A stretch of 64,000 nt of DNA from Gammaproteobacteria bacterium (GTDB lineage Bacteria; Pseudomonadota; Gammaproteobacteria; UBA4575): the NCBI GenBank assembly GCA_028279275.1, contig JANQOB010000012.1, positions 20,203 to 84,202 of the forward strand, read 5' to 3'. The position numbers were made by a program, and so were the translations under genes. Positions 19,083 to 28,769 of the stretch are shown one piece after another. Under the pieces are notes generated by a model, which saw only the letters and a program-made list of their open reading frames with translations, made no database searches and had not been told where the DNA came from. The first letter of the stretch is position 1; every line of letters begins with the position of its first letter.

Positions 19083-20543
19083 GTGCAGCAGCATTTTTAT
19101 ACTGGCATTCAATCCAAAGCGAACAAAACTAGTCCAGCGAAAATACTCGTTCGCTCAATGTTAGCGCTATGCGCGCTCTCACTGCTGACATTGAGTTCTG
19201 TAGGTTCTGCTACCACGATTGCTAAAATAAACGATCTTCGCATTGCAGATCGTAAAACCGAAACCAGAGTGGTATTTGACCTGACATCACCTGTTAAGCA
19301 CAGCATATTCGTTCTCAAGAATCCTAACCGAGTTGTTTTAGACATAGATCAATGTGATGCAAATGGCAGACTTAATGCTAAGCATGTAAGGGGTACCTTA
19401 ATAAAAGATATCCGTTATGCACAAAAAAGTAATAAAAAGTTACGTGTAGTATTTGACTTAAATAGTACAGTCTCTCCAAAAAGTTTTTTACTTCCACCGC
19501 AAAGTGGTAAGTCTTATCGCCTCGTTATTGATTTAAGTGCTAACTCCAAACCCACACTCGTTGCGGGTCAAGGCAAAACAAATTCGACAACAGAAACGCA
19601 AAAGCCTCGTGTAGAACCTGTAGTGGCAATGAAGGATGCACCAGCGAGCCTACGAGATTTTGTTATCGCGATTGATGCAGGTCATGGAGGTAAAGATCCA
19701 GGTGCCATCGGACGTGGAGGGACATTTGAAAAAGATATCGTATTAGCTATTTCTAAACGATTGAAAAAGCTAATTGATGAAGAACCTGGAATGAAAGCGG
19801 TGATGATACGCAACGGAGATTTTTTTATACCTTTGCGAAGTAGAATTAAAAGAGCCAGTCAGTTGAATGCAGATGTTTTCCTATCGATTCATGCAGATGC
19901 AGCAGTAGACCGTCGTGCGAAAGGTTCCTCGGTTTATGTTTTATCACAGCATGGTGCTACCAGTGAGGCGGCTCGTATCTTGGCGCAGCGTGAAAATGCG
20001 GCGGACAAAGTTGGTGGAGTCAGTTTAGATGACAAAGACGATGTTTTGAAATCCGTGCTAGTTGATTTGTCTCAGACCGCCACTATCGATGCCAGTATCG
20101 ATTTAGCTGAAGATATTCTCGGTGAACTTGCTAAAGTCGGTAATATCCTGCGGAATAATGTGGAACAAGCGGGCTTCGCTGTGTTGAAGTCACCCGATAT
20201 TCCATCTGTGTTGGTGGAAACTGCTTTTATTTCAAATCCTGCTGAAGAAAAACGTTTGAAGACTTCTCAGCACCAACAAAAATTAGCAATCGCCATTCTT
20301 AGAGGTTTGCGTGTTTATATAAAAGATCATGCTCCAGCAAATGCAATTTTAGCGAGCACACAAACACCCATCTCACCTACTCAATATACTATTAAACGTG
20401 GTGATACTTTGTCTGGGATCGCGGTTCGTTATCAAGTCAGTCTTAGAGATTTGCGCAAAATTAATGGTTTGCGTTCCGACCTATTGAAAGTAGGGCAAGT
20501 ATTAACGATTCCCACTTCACCAAAGGTAACAGCGGGGACCTAA
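19083..20543 (+). CDS. amiB: N-acetylmuramoyl-L-alanine amidase (AMIN + Amidase_3 + LysM)
   Basis: IDAGHGGKDPGA, SIHAD, VLVETAFISN, C-terminal LysM (YTIKRGDTLS); follows tsaE; start may be later. Confidence 0.9.
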   Translation: MQQHFYTGIQSKANKTSPAKILVRSMLALCALSLLTLSSVGSATTIAKINDLRIADRKTETRVVFDLTSPVKHSIFVLKNPNRVVLDIDQCDANGRLNAKHVRGTLIKDIRYAQKSNKKLRVVFDLNSTVSPKSFLLPPQSGKSYRLVIDLSANSKPTLVAGQGKTNSTTETQKPRVEPVVAMKDAPASLRDFVIAIDAGHGGKDPGAIGRGGTFEKDIVLAISKRLKKLIDEEPGMKAVMIRNGDFFIPLRSRIKRASQLNADVFLSIHADAAVDRRAKGSSVYVLSQHGATSEAARILAQRENAADKVGGVSLDDKDDVLKSVLVDLSQTATIDASIDLAEDILGELAKVGNILRNNVEQAGFAVLKSPDIPSVLVETAFISNPAEEKRLKTSQHQQKLAIAILRGLRVYIKDHAPANAILASTQTPISPTQYTIKRGDTLSGIAVRYQVSLRDLRKINGLRSDLLKVGQVLTIPTSPKVTAGT

Positions 20544-20550
20544 TCATCAA

Positions 20551-20581
20551 GTTAGAAGGGAGAACTGCGCATGGATGCGCA
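20551..20581 (+). repeat. REP-like hairpin TGCGC-ATGGAT-GCGCA, left bracket of the insert
   Basis: Palindrome at 20566-20581 preceded by GTTAG; a related element lies inverted at 21742-21790. Confidence 0.55.
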
Positions 20582-20695
20582 CTTATCTTATCGCAATGGG
20601 CAGATATTAAGCTGCATCTGAATGATATAACTTATTTGAGTTAACTAGGCTGAAATGATGAAAAGGCTGGGGAATACAAAGTATTGATTCAGAGA

Positions 20696-20719
20696 GTTTG
20701 CTTATGACTCAAAACGGAT
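20696..20719 (+). repeat. Degenerate 24-nt hairpin repeat, copy 1
   Basis: GTTTGCTTATGACTCAAAACGGAT aligns ungapped with 21204 and 21689. Confidence 0.45.
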
Positions 20720-20867
20720 ATCTACTGTCCTAAATTTAGTTAGAGTGAATAATTATTACAGTTTTATTAATGTCTAGATATTTAACTTATCCCATTATTA
20801 ATGAATTTTGATTATTTGATACATCTCTATATACTTTAAATTAACTTGAACTACTAAGGAGGTGATC

Positions 20868-21089
20868 ATGAAATATCTATTTGGAATCACACTTTTAATC
20901 ATACTTCTTTCATCACATGCCATTGCTTGTGAAAAGATGAATAAAAATAAAAGTGCTAGTGTATTGAAATTAGAATCAACCAAAACTACACAGGTTGAAG
21001 CATCTCCGAATTCAGATAAAAATTTGATCGCTGATGAAAGTAGTTTTGCTGAGAAAATTAATAATTCCGTAAACGAAGGTAATAAGTAG
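20868..21089 (+). CDS. Small secreted hypothetical protein (73 aa)
   Basis: AAGGAGGT RBS, signal peptide MKYLFGITLLIILLSSHAIA, own terminator. Confidence 0.75.
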   Translation: MKYLFGITLLIILLSSHAIACEKMNKNKSASVLKLESTKTTQVEASPNSDKNLIADESSFAEKINNSVNEGNK

Positions 21090-21140
21090 CCTCATACGGA
21101 TTGATATAATTCGATTCTTAATCGATACGATTTCAGAAAG

Positions 21141-21168
21141 ACCCTGTCTAAATGGCAGGGTTTTTTTA
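21141..21168 (+). terminator. Rho-independent terminator
   Basis: ACCCTGTC-taaat-GGCAGGGT followed by a T-run. Confidence 0.85.
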
Positions 21169-21203
21169 TGTTTAAATAAAAAAGATACCCTCACTTCAAC
21201 TTT

Positions 21204-21227
21204 GTCTGTCTATGTCCGATAGTGGAC
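21204..21227 (+). repeat. Degenerate 24-nt hairpin repeat, copy 2
   Basis: GTCTGTCTATGTCCGATAGTGGAC. Confidence 0.5.
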
Positions 21228-21258
21228 ACTAGCAGTTCATATTTAAAAGATAGTTAAA

Positions 21259-21675
21259 GTGGATATAGAAAAAGCTTTAGAAAAATACCCGGGCGCATCA
21301 ATTTTTGATTTTGGGGATAGTAAAATATTATCTGATGAATTATTAGCACTAGTTCGCAAAGGAAAAAAAACAGCAACTTGTGTTGCTTTGCGTGATTACA
21401 TTTCTGAGAAAGAGAAATTACCTGAAGTCGGTAGGCAGTATATCGCTGTGAATTACGAAGACCAAAGTCCCGCACTTGTTGTTGAAATTACAGAAGTCAC
21501 ACAAAAGCGATTCTGTGATGTTGACGAAGAATTTGCTCTGGATGAGGGTGAAAATGAAACTCTCGCTGAATGGCAACTAGATCATCAAAGTTACTTTGAA
21601 CGTAATGGTGGTTTTGATAAAAATATGATGGTTGTTTGTGAACGTTTTATATTAATTGAAGACTTTGAGCAATAA
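21259..21675 (+). CDS. ASCH domain protein (YhfF-like)
   Basis: FGDS...LVRKGKKTATC, FALDEGE, VVCERF. Confidence 0.9.
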   Translation: MDIEKALEKYPGASIFDFGDSKILSDELLALVRKGKKTATCVALRDYISEKEKLPEVGRQYIAVNYEDQSPALVVEITEVTQKRFCDVDEEFALDEGENETLAEWQLDHQSYFERNGGFDKNMMVVCERFILIEDFEQ

Positions 21676-21688
21676 TGGACATGTTAAT

Positions 21689-21712
21689 GGCTGCTATTGA
21701 CCGAAAACAGTC
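21689..21712 (+). repeat. Degenerate 24-nt hairpin repeat, copy 3
   Basis: GGCTGCTATTGACCGAAAACAGTC, 13 nt after the ASCH stop. Confidence 0.5.
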
Positions 21713-21741
21713 ATAATCGAGTTGTAAAATTTGAATCTGAA

Positions 21742-21790
21742 GCAACCTCCCTGTTGCAACTCCTATACGCACATCCATGTGCTCACTAAC
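21742..21790 (-). repeat. REP-like double hairpin, right bracket of the insert
   Basis: Minus strand reads GTTAG-tga-GCACATGGATGTGC...GCAACAGGGAGGTTGC. Confidence 0.6.
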
Positions 21791-22811
21791 TAAATAACTT
21801 TGAATCTTGCTCTTTTTGCCACCAGGAGAAAAATAACTTATCGATTGTTAACTGAACGGATATAGCCAAGCGTTCACTGATCGTTTTGGGAACTTCATAT
21901 TTGATTTCGTAAATATCTGAATCTTTACTGGCATTCAACAGATAGTCATCGCTTGTTATGAGTTCATCTACTAACTTGAGCTCAATCCCGCGAGTAGCAA
22001 GCCAATGTTCGCCAGTAGCCACTTTACCGATATCAAGAATAGGACGGTTCTCTTTTACAAATTCTTTGAATAAATCATGTGTATCTTGTAGTTGTTCGTT
22101 GAAATGCTTTCGGTCTTCATCTGTATTTTTTCCAAATATGGTCACAGTACGTTTTAACTCGCCTGCTTTCATAAGTTCAAAATCTACACCGTGTTTATCT
22201 AGCAGTCGGTTAAAGTTTGGTAACTGTGCAAGCACACCAATTGAACCCACAATAGCAAAAGGCGCAGCAATAATTTTATCGGCCACACAGGCCATCATAT
22301 AACCGCCGCTTGCCGCAACTTTATCTACTGCTACAGTCAAAGGAATACCTTTTTGTTTGATGCGTAGTAACTGAGAAGAGGCAAACCCATGTTCGTGCAC
22401 CAAGCCGCCAGCGTTCTCTAAACAAACAACAACTTCATCATTACTATTCGCAACTGATAAAATTGCTGTGATTTCTTTTCGTAAGTGTCGAACCGCTGTA
22501 GCTTTAATATTGCCGAGAAAATTTAAAACAAAGATTCTTTTTTTATTTGGTTTGGTAGCTTTTTTCTCTTTCTTACGTTCTTTTTTGTTTTCTTTCCGTG
22601 CTTGTTTCATTTCTTTTTTAGGTAGAAGTGAAAAGCGCAAGGTATTTGCCATATTTTTATACTTTTTATTTAAATTGACGACTTCAAAATGATCATCCTC
22701 TTTAGTCTTTTTAGAAAAAGATAAACCCAGCATCATGAGCAGCCAGATAAAAATGAGTACAGTAACGGCTTTAGCTAAAAACAGTCCGTATTCGGCAAAT
22801 AATTCAATCAT
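21786..22811 (-). CDS. sohB: Inner-membrane protease SohB (peptidase S49)
   Basis: YGLFLAK N-terminus, DKVAASGGYMMAC, GSIGVLAQLPNFNRLL. Confidence 0.95.
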   Translation of the reverse strand: MIELFAEYGLFLAKAVTVLIFIWLLMMLGLSFSKKTKEDDHFEVVNLNKKYKNMANTLRFSLLPKKEMKQARKENKKERKKEKKATKPNKKRIFVLNFLGNIKATAVRHLRKEITAILSVANSNDEVVVCLENAGGLVHEHGFASSQLLRIKQKGIPLTVAVDKVAASGGYMMACVADKIIAAPFAIVGSIGVLAQLPNFNRLLDKHGVDFELMKAGELKRTVTIFGKNTDEDRKHFNEQLQDTHDLFKEFVKENRPILDIGKVATGEHWLATRGIELKLVDELITSDDYLLNASKDSDIYEIKYEVPKTISERLAISVQLTIDKLFFSWWQKEQDSKLFS

Positions 22812-22832
22812 GGGTTTTCCTGGGTGTAAAAG

Positions 22833-23669
22833 TTATAGGTTATATTGGCACTCGTAGCTACTAAAAAATTGTCCATGACCATTTTCAGAGGTGTCATCAT
22901 AAAACAAAGATTGTAGTTCTAATTTAGGCGAATTGAGAATCTCTCCATCGAGCATAGTGTTAAAAAATTTACCCCCAATGAATTGTTGAGAGTGCGTTAA
23001 ATATATTTTTGAAAGCTGCTGATCATTCACCATTGTGTGTAGCATTTTTGGACCTGCAATGAGATAAAAATGCTTAAATTCTTTTGTCGTGAGCATATCA
23101 ATTAAGGGTTTGCCTTCAACTAATTCATGTTTACCTGCAATCAAGACTTCATATCCTTCGTTTTGCCACTTTTTGATTTTATTTTCATCCGCTTGTTGGC
23201 CGGTGGCAACATACACTTGTTGATTATGTTCTTTTAAAGATGGATGCATAGGAAAATCAAGGCTAGAGCTCGCAATAACTACAGCAGGTTGTGGTGTGAG
23301 TCCTTGAAGAGTGCGCCAATTTGCTAAGTCTTCAGATTCTCGACTATCAGGTAGTTGCAATATATTTCCAAGTGAATTTTCTGCAAGCGCTCGCATATAT
23401 CCAGCATGCGTGATGAGACAATCTGCCTGAGCGTGTAGTTCAAGAAATAATCTAAAATCTTCGTCACTCGTTAAATGTTTGGGTAACTGTGCTTTGGTAT
23501 CTATATTAGGGCTCACTGCAATACGACCATCCAGACTGCTTAGAAAATTGGCCGTAACTTTGGGGTTAGTTGTATTTGATTTATACCAACCATGTTTGTA
23601 TAGATACAAATTTTTAAGCTCAATGTTCTCAGAGGGTGTTGGATAAAGTTGTAGTAGTTTTTTTGCCAT
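22833..23669 (-). CDS. RibD C-terminal / dihydrofolate-reductase-fold protein
   Basis: ANFLSSLDGRIA, DFRLFLELHAQAD, IAGP; no deaminase domain. Confidence 0.75.
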   Translation of the reverse strand: MAKKLLQLYPTPSENIELKNLYLYKHGWYKSNTTNPKVTANFLSSLDGRIAVSPNIDTKAQLPKHLTSDEDFRLFLELHAQADCLITHAGYMRALAENSLGNILQLPDSRESEDLANWRTLQGLTPQPAVVIASSSLDFPMHPSLKEHNQQVYVATGQQADENKIKKWQNEGYEVLIAGKHELVEGKPLIDMLTTKEFKHFYLIAGPKMLHTMVNDQQLSKIYLTHSQQFIGGKFFNTMLDGEILNSPKLELQSLFYDDTSENGHGQFFSSYECQYNL

Positions 23670-23768
23670 GTCAGCAAAGTATTATTTAATGTTAAGGTTG
23701 TTTAAGTTTGATTCAAAGATTTACATGAGATCGTTTGCATAATCCTAGCATGTGCAAGCAATAAAATT

Positions 23769-24137
23769 ATGCAAAAACCAAATATTTCCACGGCAATTCC
23801 AAAGCATCGCTATAAGTTTGGTGCATATACGATTGTTGTGCTTGAGGAAATTCAATCTTCAAATGATATTGAATACATCTATTTGCTTGCGGGTATTAAA
23901 GACGGGCACAATGAGCCTGAGGTTTATATTTCCTGTGAAAAAGCACAGCCGGGTTCAATAGAAAAAGGCTCTCACATCATTAGAGTGTTCGCAAAACAAT
24001 TAGATTCCGAGCAATCGGGAAGTGTAATTGATCAGTCTGATGCATGGGCTGATCGCGATGCATTTATTTCTTATGGCCTTTCTGGTTTTCAACAAATGTT
24101 GGGGCTTGTTGACGAAGAACCCTATCTCATTTCATAA
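23769..24137 (+). CDS. Hypothetical protein, probably co-transcribed with mutL
   Basis: 122-aa ORF ending 6 nt before mutL. Confidence 0.75.
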   Translation: MQKPNISTAIPKHRYKFGAYTIVVLEEIQSSNDIEYIYLLAGIKDGHNEPEVYISCEKAQPGSIEKGSHIIRVFAKQLDSEQSGSVIDQSDAWADRDAFISYGLSGFQQMLGLVDEEPYLIS

Positions 24138-24143
24138 AAAATT

Positions 24144-25958
24144 ATGACAACTATACAACAACTACCTTCTCAATTAATTAATCAAATTGCTGCTGGCGAG
24201 GTGATTGAACGCCCAGCTTCTGTATTGAAAGAGTTACTTGAAAATGCCCTTGATGCTGGTGCAAGTAAGATAATCGTAGAGTTAGACCAGGGTGGAATGC
24301 AGTGCATTCGTGTAAGTGATAACGGTGTTGGAATTGATAAAAGTGAATTGCATATGGCGCTCATGCGTCATGCCACAAGCAAGATTTCATCAATGGAGGA
24401 TTTAGAGAACATTACAACCTTAGGCTTTCGTGGTGAGGCATTACCAAGTATAGCGTCGGTCTCAAGATTTAGTATTGCATCGAATAACAGTGATGACGGT
24501 AATGCAGGATGGGTAATTACTGCAGATGGGGGAGAGTTAGATGATGAGGTTATTCCTGTTCGTCAGATGCATGGCACAACCGTAGAGGTTAAAGATTTAT
24601 TTTTTAATGTACCTGCACGCAAAAAATTTCTGCGCACTGAAAAGACAGAATTAAAACATTGCGACAGTGTCATTCGAAAAATTGCACTATCATGTTTCAA
24701 TGTTCAAATAATTGTCAAACACAATGGTCGGAATACATTAGATATCAGTGCAAGTGATTTTTTTGAAAATGGTACCAATCGTGTGGCCGAAGTTAGTGGG
24801 AAACAATTTGCCGAACAAAGTATCTATTTGGAGAACACAGCACATGAAATGCAAGTTCAGGGTTGGATTAGTTTACCCACCTTTTCTCGTAGCCAGGCTG
24901 ATTTACAATACTTTTACGTGAATGGTCGCGCTATTCGTGACAAAGTGATTTCACATGCGATTAAGCAAGCATATCAAGATGTGTTGTACCACGGTCGGTT
25001 TCCAGCATTTGTATTATTTTTAGAAATGGATCCAGCACAGGTAGATGTAAACGCACATCCTACTAAACATGAAGTGCGATTTCGTCAAAGTCGCTATGTG
25101 CATGACTTCATTCGCCATACCGTGAGAAAAGCCATCGCAGAGACAATGCCTAAACAGGAACAACAAGCTGCTGAACAATATCGAGAAATTGTCGATGACT
25201 ACATTCGTGCAGCACAAAGTCAGAGCGTGTCAACAGAACAGTCTTATGCACATAGAGAATCTGTTTCGTATTCTCATGTAAATGAGCCTGTTCACAGTTA
25301 TGGCGCACAATCATTAAATGAATATGCTTTGTTGTTGAAAACCCCTCCTGAGGAAAAACACACCACAGAAGAAGCTCCGCCTTTGGGTTTTGCTATCGAA
25401 CAGTTACATGGTATTTATATTTTGGCACAAAATGCAAATGGCCTAGTCATTGTAGACATGCATGCTGCACATGAAAGAATTGTGTATGAAAAACTTAAAG
25501 CATCTTATAAGCAAGGTGATTTAGCTACCCAGCCATTATTGGTGCCAATTACTATCAATGTAAGTTCACAAGAAGCTGCCATTGCAGAGCAACATCGCGA
25601 TATATTTTTAAAATTTGGTTTTGATATCGAGCGTTTTGGTGAAGATAGTATTGTTGTGCGTGAGATTCCATCTCTATTGCAACAAGCCGACGTTAATACA
25701 TTAGTACTCGATGTACTATCAGATTTAAATATGTATGGTAGTACTGAAAAATTAGAAGAAGCAAAAAATGAACTCTTGTCTACAATGGCGTGTTATGGAT
25801 CTGTGCGTGCGCATAGAAAACTTACACTAGCAGAAATGAATGCACTGCTTCGTGAAATGGAAAATACTGAAAGAAGTGCACAATGTAATCATGGACGACC
25901 TACTTGGGTTCAATTGAGTATTGAGCAGCTTGATAAACTTTTCAAACGCGGTCAGTGA
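24144..25958 (+). CDS. mutL: DNA mismatch repair protein MutL (endonuclease motif present)
   Basis: NQIAAGEVIERP, GFRGEAL, DMHAAHER, CNHGRP. Confidence 0.98.
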   Translation: MTTIQQLPSQLINQIAAGEVIERPASVLKELLENALDAGASKIIVELDQGGMQCIRVSDNGVGIDKSELHMALMRHATSKISSMEDLENITTLGFRGEALPSIASVSRFSIASNNSDDGNAGWVITADGGELDDEVIPVRQMHGTTVEVKDLFFNVPARKKFLRTEKTELKHCDSVIRKIALSCFNVQIIVKHNGRNTLDISASDFFENGTNRVAEVSGKQFAEQSIYLENTAHEMQVQGWISLPTFSRSQADLQYFYVNGRAIRDKVISHAIKQAYQDVLYHGRFPAFVLFLEMDPAQVDVNAHPTKHEVRFRQSRYVHDFIRHTVRKAIAETMPKQEQQAAEQYREIVDDYIRAAQSQSVSTEQSYAHRESVSYSHVNEPVHSYGAQSLNEYALLLKTPPEEKHTTEEAPPLGFAIEQLHGIYILAQNANGLVIVDMHAAHERIVYEKLKASYKQGDLATQPLLVPITINVSSQEAAIAEQHRDIFLKFGFDIERFGEDSIVVREIPSLLQQADVNTLVLDVLSDLNMYGSTEKLEEAKNELLSTMACYGSVRAHRKLTLAEMNALLREMENTERSAQCNHGRPTWVQLSIEQLDKLFKRGQ

Positions 25959-25960
25959 AT

Positions 25961-26080
25961 AAAGCCCTGATTTAATCTGATTACTTTGTTAAAAATTTTC
26001 TCGTACTCGCTCATGTATGTATTTATACACTATGCTCGTCTCGAAAATTTTTGCCTCGTCTCAAATTAAATCAGAACTTT
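25961..26080. repeat. ~120-bp palindromic intergenic element, copy 2
   Basis: Terminal inverted repeats AAAGCCCTGATTTAATCTGA / TCAAATTAAATCAGAACTTT; fills nearly the whole mutL-miaA gap. Confidence 0.85.
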
Positions 26081-26090
26081 TTTGAATTTT

Positions 26091-27020
26091 GTGAAAAATT
26101 CTCGCGTCATTTGTGTAATGGGTCCTACAGCGAGTGGCAAGACTGATCTCGCGCTAACCATTGCTGATGAATTTCCTTGTGATTTGATAAGTGTTGATTC
26201 AGTGATGATCTACCGTGGCTTGGACATAGGCTCTGCTAAGCCAAGTTCAGAAGTGTTGCAAAAATATCCACATCAGTTAATTGATATAATAAATCCAGAG
26301 GAAAGCTATTCGGTCGCAAATTTTTGTGAGAATGCTTTGTATTTCATAAAAAAATCACATAGTAAGAATAGAATTCCTCTTTTAGTAGGTGGCACGATGC
26401 TATACTTCAATGCACTTCTTCATGGTTTATCTGATATGCCAAGCGCCAATGAAGAAGTTAGAAAAGAAATTACCGAACGTGCAAACGAAAAAGGTTGGGA
26501 CTATGTACATGCACAACTTGTAGAAGTTGATCCGCAAGCTGCGGCAAGAATACACCCTAATGATCCTCAGCGTATTCAACGCGCGATGGAAGTGTATGAA
26601 TTAACAGGCAGGCCTTTAAGTGAATGGCATAGTGAGGCTAAAGCAGTTCAATTTCCTTATGAAGTATTAAAGCTTGCATTGATCCCAAATGATCGAGCTG
26701 TTTTACATGAGCAGATTGAGCGAAGATTTGATCAAATGATGCAGGCAGGGTTCATGGAAGAAACACAGCAGTTATATGAGCGCAAATCGCTACACGCTGA
26801 TTTGCCCTCGATGCGTTCGGTTGGTTACCGGCAGGCATGGAAGTATTTTGCTGGAGAATATGATGCTGAAACAATGAAAGAGAAGGCAATTATAGCTACA
26901 AGACAATTTGCAAAGCGTCAACTTACATGGTTACGTAGTGAAGCAGATTTAGTTACGATTTCGGCTGAAAAACCTGATATTCATGACATTCGTCAAGAAA
27001 TATCCAGATTTTTAGCGTAG
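26091..27020 (+). CDS. miaA: tRNA dimethylallyltransferase
   Basis: GPTASGKT, SVDS, VGGTMLY, TRQFAKRQLTW; GTG 26091 or TTG 26082 start. Confidence 0.96.
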   Translation: MKNSRVICVMGPTASGKTDLALTIADEFPCDLISVDSVMIYRGLDIGSAKPSSEVLQKYPHQLIDIINPEESYSVANFCENALYFIKKSHSKNRIPLLVGGTMLYFNALLHGLSDMPSANEEVRKEITERANEKGWDYVHAQLVEVDPQAAARIHPNDPQRIQRAMEVYELTGRPLSEWHSEAKAVQFPYEVLKLALIPNDRAVLHEQIERRFDQMMQAGFMEETQQLYERKSLHADLPSMRSVGYRQAWKYFAGEYDAETMKEKAIIATRQFAKRQLTWLRSEADLVTISAEKPDIHDIRQEISRFLA

Positions 27021-27124
27021 CTGAATGGGCACTGAAACTGCTACACTAACAGGGCAATAGGAGTCAAGAATTATGTTGACTTCTGATTGAGAAAATAAAA
27101 ATAACAAAAACTAGAGGTGCAGCA

Positions 27125-27361
27125 ATGTCAAAAGGTCAAACTTTACAGGAACCCTTTCTAAATGCTTTGCGAAAAGAAAAAGTCCCCGTATCAATTTATT
27201 TGGTGAATGGAATAAAGCTCCAAGGGCAAGTTGATTCCTTCGATCAATTTGTAGTGTTACTTAAAAATAGTGTCAATCAAATGGTATATAAACATGCCAT
27301 TTCTACCATAGTACCATCTCGTATGGTGAAGATGCCGATGACAGATGAGCAGCCTGAATAA
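27125..27361 (+). CDS. hfq: RNA chaperone Hfq
   Basis: [28 protein letters not shown]. Confidence 0.99.
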   Translation: MSKGQTLQEPFLNALRKEKVPVSIYLVNGIKLQGQVDSFDQFVVLLKNSVNQMVYKHAISTIVPSRMVKMPMTDEQPE

Positions 27362-27399
27362 ACTACCACATAAAAAATTTATCTCTATAGGGCGTATTC

Positions 27400-28686
27400 T
27401 TGTTTGAGCGCCCAGACATTGGTCAGCGTGCCATTCTTGTGCACGTAAAAATTAATGGATCTGCAAACAACCAAGATTTAGGTGAGTTTAAAGATCTTGT
27501 ACGATCTACAGGGGCGGAAATTGCCACAATCGTCACTGTGCAACGCAGCACGCCTGATGCAAAATTATTGATTGGCAGCGGTAAGGTCGAGGAAATTGGA
27601 AAACTTGCTTATTCCCTTGAAGCCGATATTGTTATATTCAATTATGCTTTGTCTCCAAGTCAGGAACGCAACTTAGAAAAAATATGTCATAAGCGAGTGC
27701 TTGATCGCACCGGATTGATCTTAGATATCTTTGCACAACGTGCACGATCCTATGAAGGTAAGCTACAGGTTGAACTTGCTCAATTAAAATATTTATCAAC
27801 ACGTTTAGTTCGCGGTTGGAGTCACTTAGAGCGTCAAAAAGGTGGTATCGGATTACGTGGCCCGGGTGAGAAGCAATTAGAATCAGATAGACGCTTGTTA
27901 CGTGCACGTATCAAACAAATATCCAAACGTTTAGACAAGTTACGTCAACAGCGTGACCAAGGTAGGGCTGCGCGCAGGAAAACGACGACTCCAACAGTAG
28001 CATTAGTGGGGTACACCAATGCTGGTAAGTCGACGCTGTTTAATCGAATGACAGAGTCTACGGTTTATTCTGCGGATAAATTATTTGCAACCTTGGATCC
28101 AACATTACGGCGTATGCAAATATCTAAAGGCCAGCATATTGTGTTGGCAGATACGGTTGGATTCATTCAAGATTTGCCCCATGACTTAATCGAAGCGTTT
28201 CATGCGACGCTGCAAGAAACTCAAGAGGCGGATGTGCTTTTGCATATCGTTGATGCGAGTGACCCGAACCGCGACAACAACATTGAACAAGTGCAAGCAG
28301 TGTTGGAAGAGATCAACGCATTAGATGTGCCACAAATTATGGTATTCAACAAAATCGATCAAATTGATATGTTGCCGAATATAGATTTGGATGCACATGG
28401 GCGGATACGGCATGTATGGATGTCTGCCTTGAGTGGCGAAGGTGAGGAGCTTTTAAAGCAAGCACTCAGACAGTATTTCGAACATAAAGTAGAGCGAGCT
28501 TGGTTACATATGCCCCCAACGGAGGGTGGATTACGAAGTGAACTGTATAGTCGTGGTGTAGTCTTACAAGAGTCTGTTGATGACAAAGGTTTTTGGTTGA
28601 TTGAAGCTGATATTCCTTTAAATATACTTAAAAAGTTTGCGGAATTTAAAATTCCTGAAGAATCTGTACAACGAGCTAGTATATAA
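27400..28686 (+). CDS. hflX: Ribosome rescue GTPase HflX
   Basis: RGPGEKQLE, GYTNAGKS, LFATLDPT, DTVGFI. Confidence 0.97.
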   Translation: MFERPDIGQRAILVHVKINGSANNQDLGEFKDLVRSTGAEIATIVTVQRSTPDAKLLIGSGKVEEIGKLAYSLEADIVIFNYALSPSQERNLEKICHKRVLDRTGLILDIFAQRARSYEGKLQVELAQLKYLSTRLVRGWSHLERQKGGIGLRGPGEKQLESDRRLLRARIKQISKRLDKLRQQRDQGRAARRKTTTPTVALVGYTNAGKSTLFNRMTESTVYSADKLFATLDPTLRRMQISKGQHIVLADTVGFIQDLPHDLIEAFHATLQETQEADVLLHIVDASDPNRDNNIEQVQAVLEEINALDVPQIMVFNKIDQIDMLPNIDLDAHGRIRHVWMSALSGEGEELLKQALRQYFEHKVERAWLHMPPTEGGLRSELYSRGVVLQESVDDKGFWLIEADIPLNILKKFAEFKIPEESVQRASI

Positions 28687-28769
28687 GCTGACTTTTTCTA
28701 TTGTCTTGATAGAATGTGACATTCGTGTCGAATAAAAGTTAACCCATAACTATTTTTTTGGAGAGCAAT

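Noticed and set aside
20551-21790. Classical integron attC cassettes
   Set aside because: GTT-R-rich words occur, but I found no properly paired RYYYAAC...GTTRRRY site after the ORFs and there is no intI in the window.
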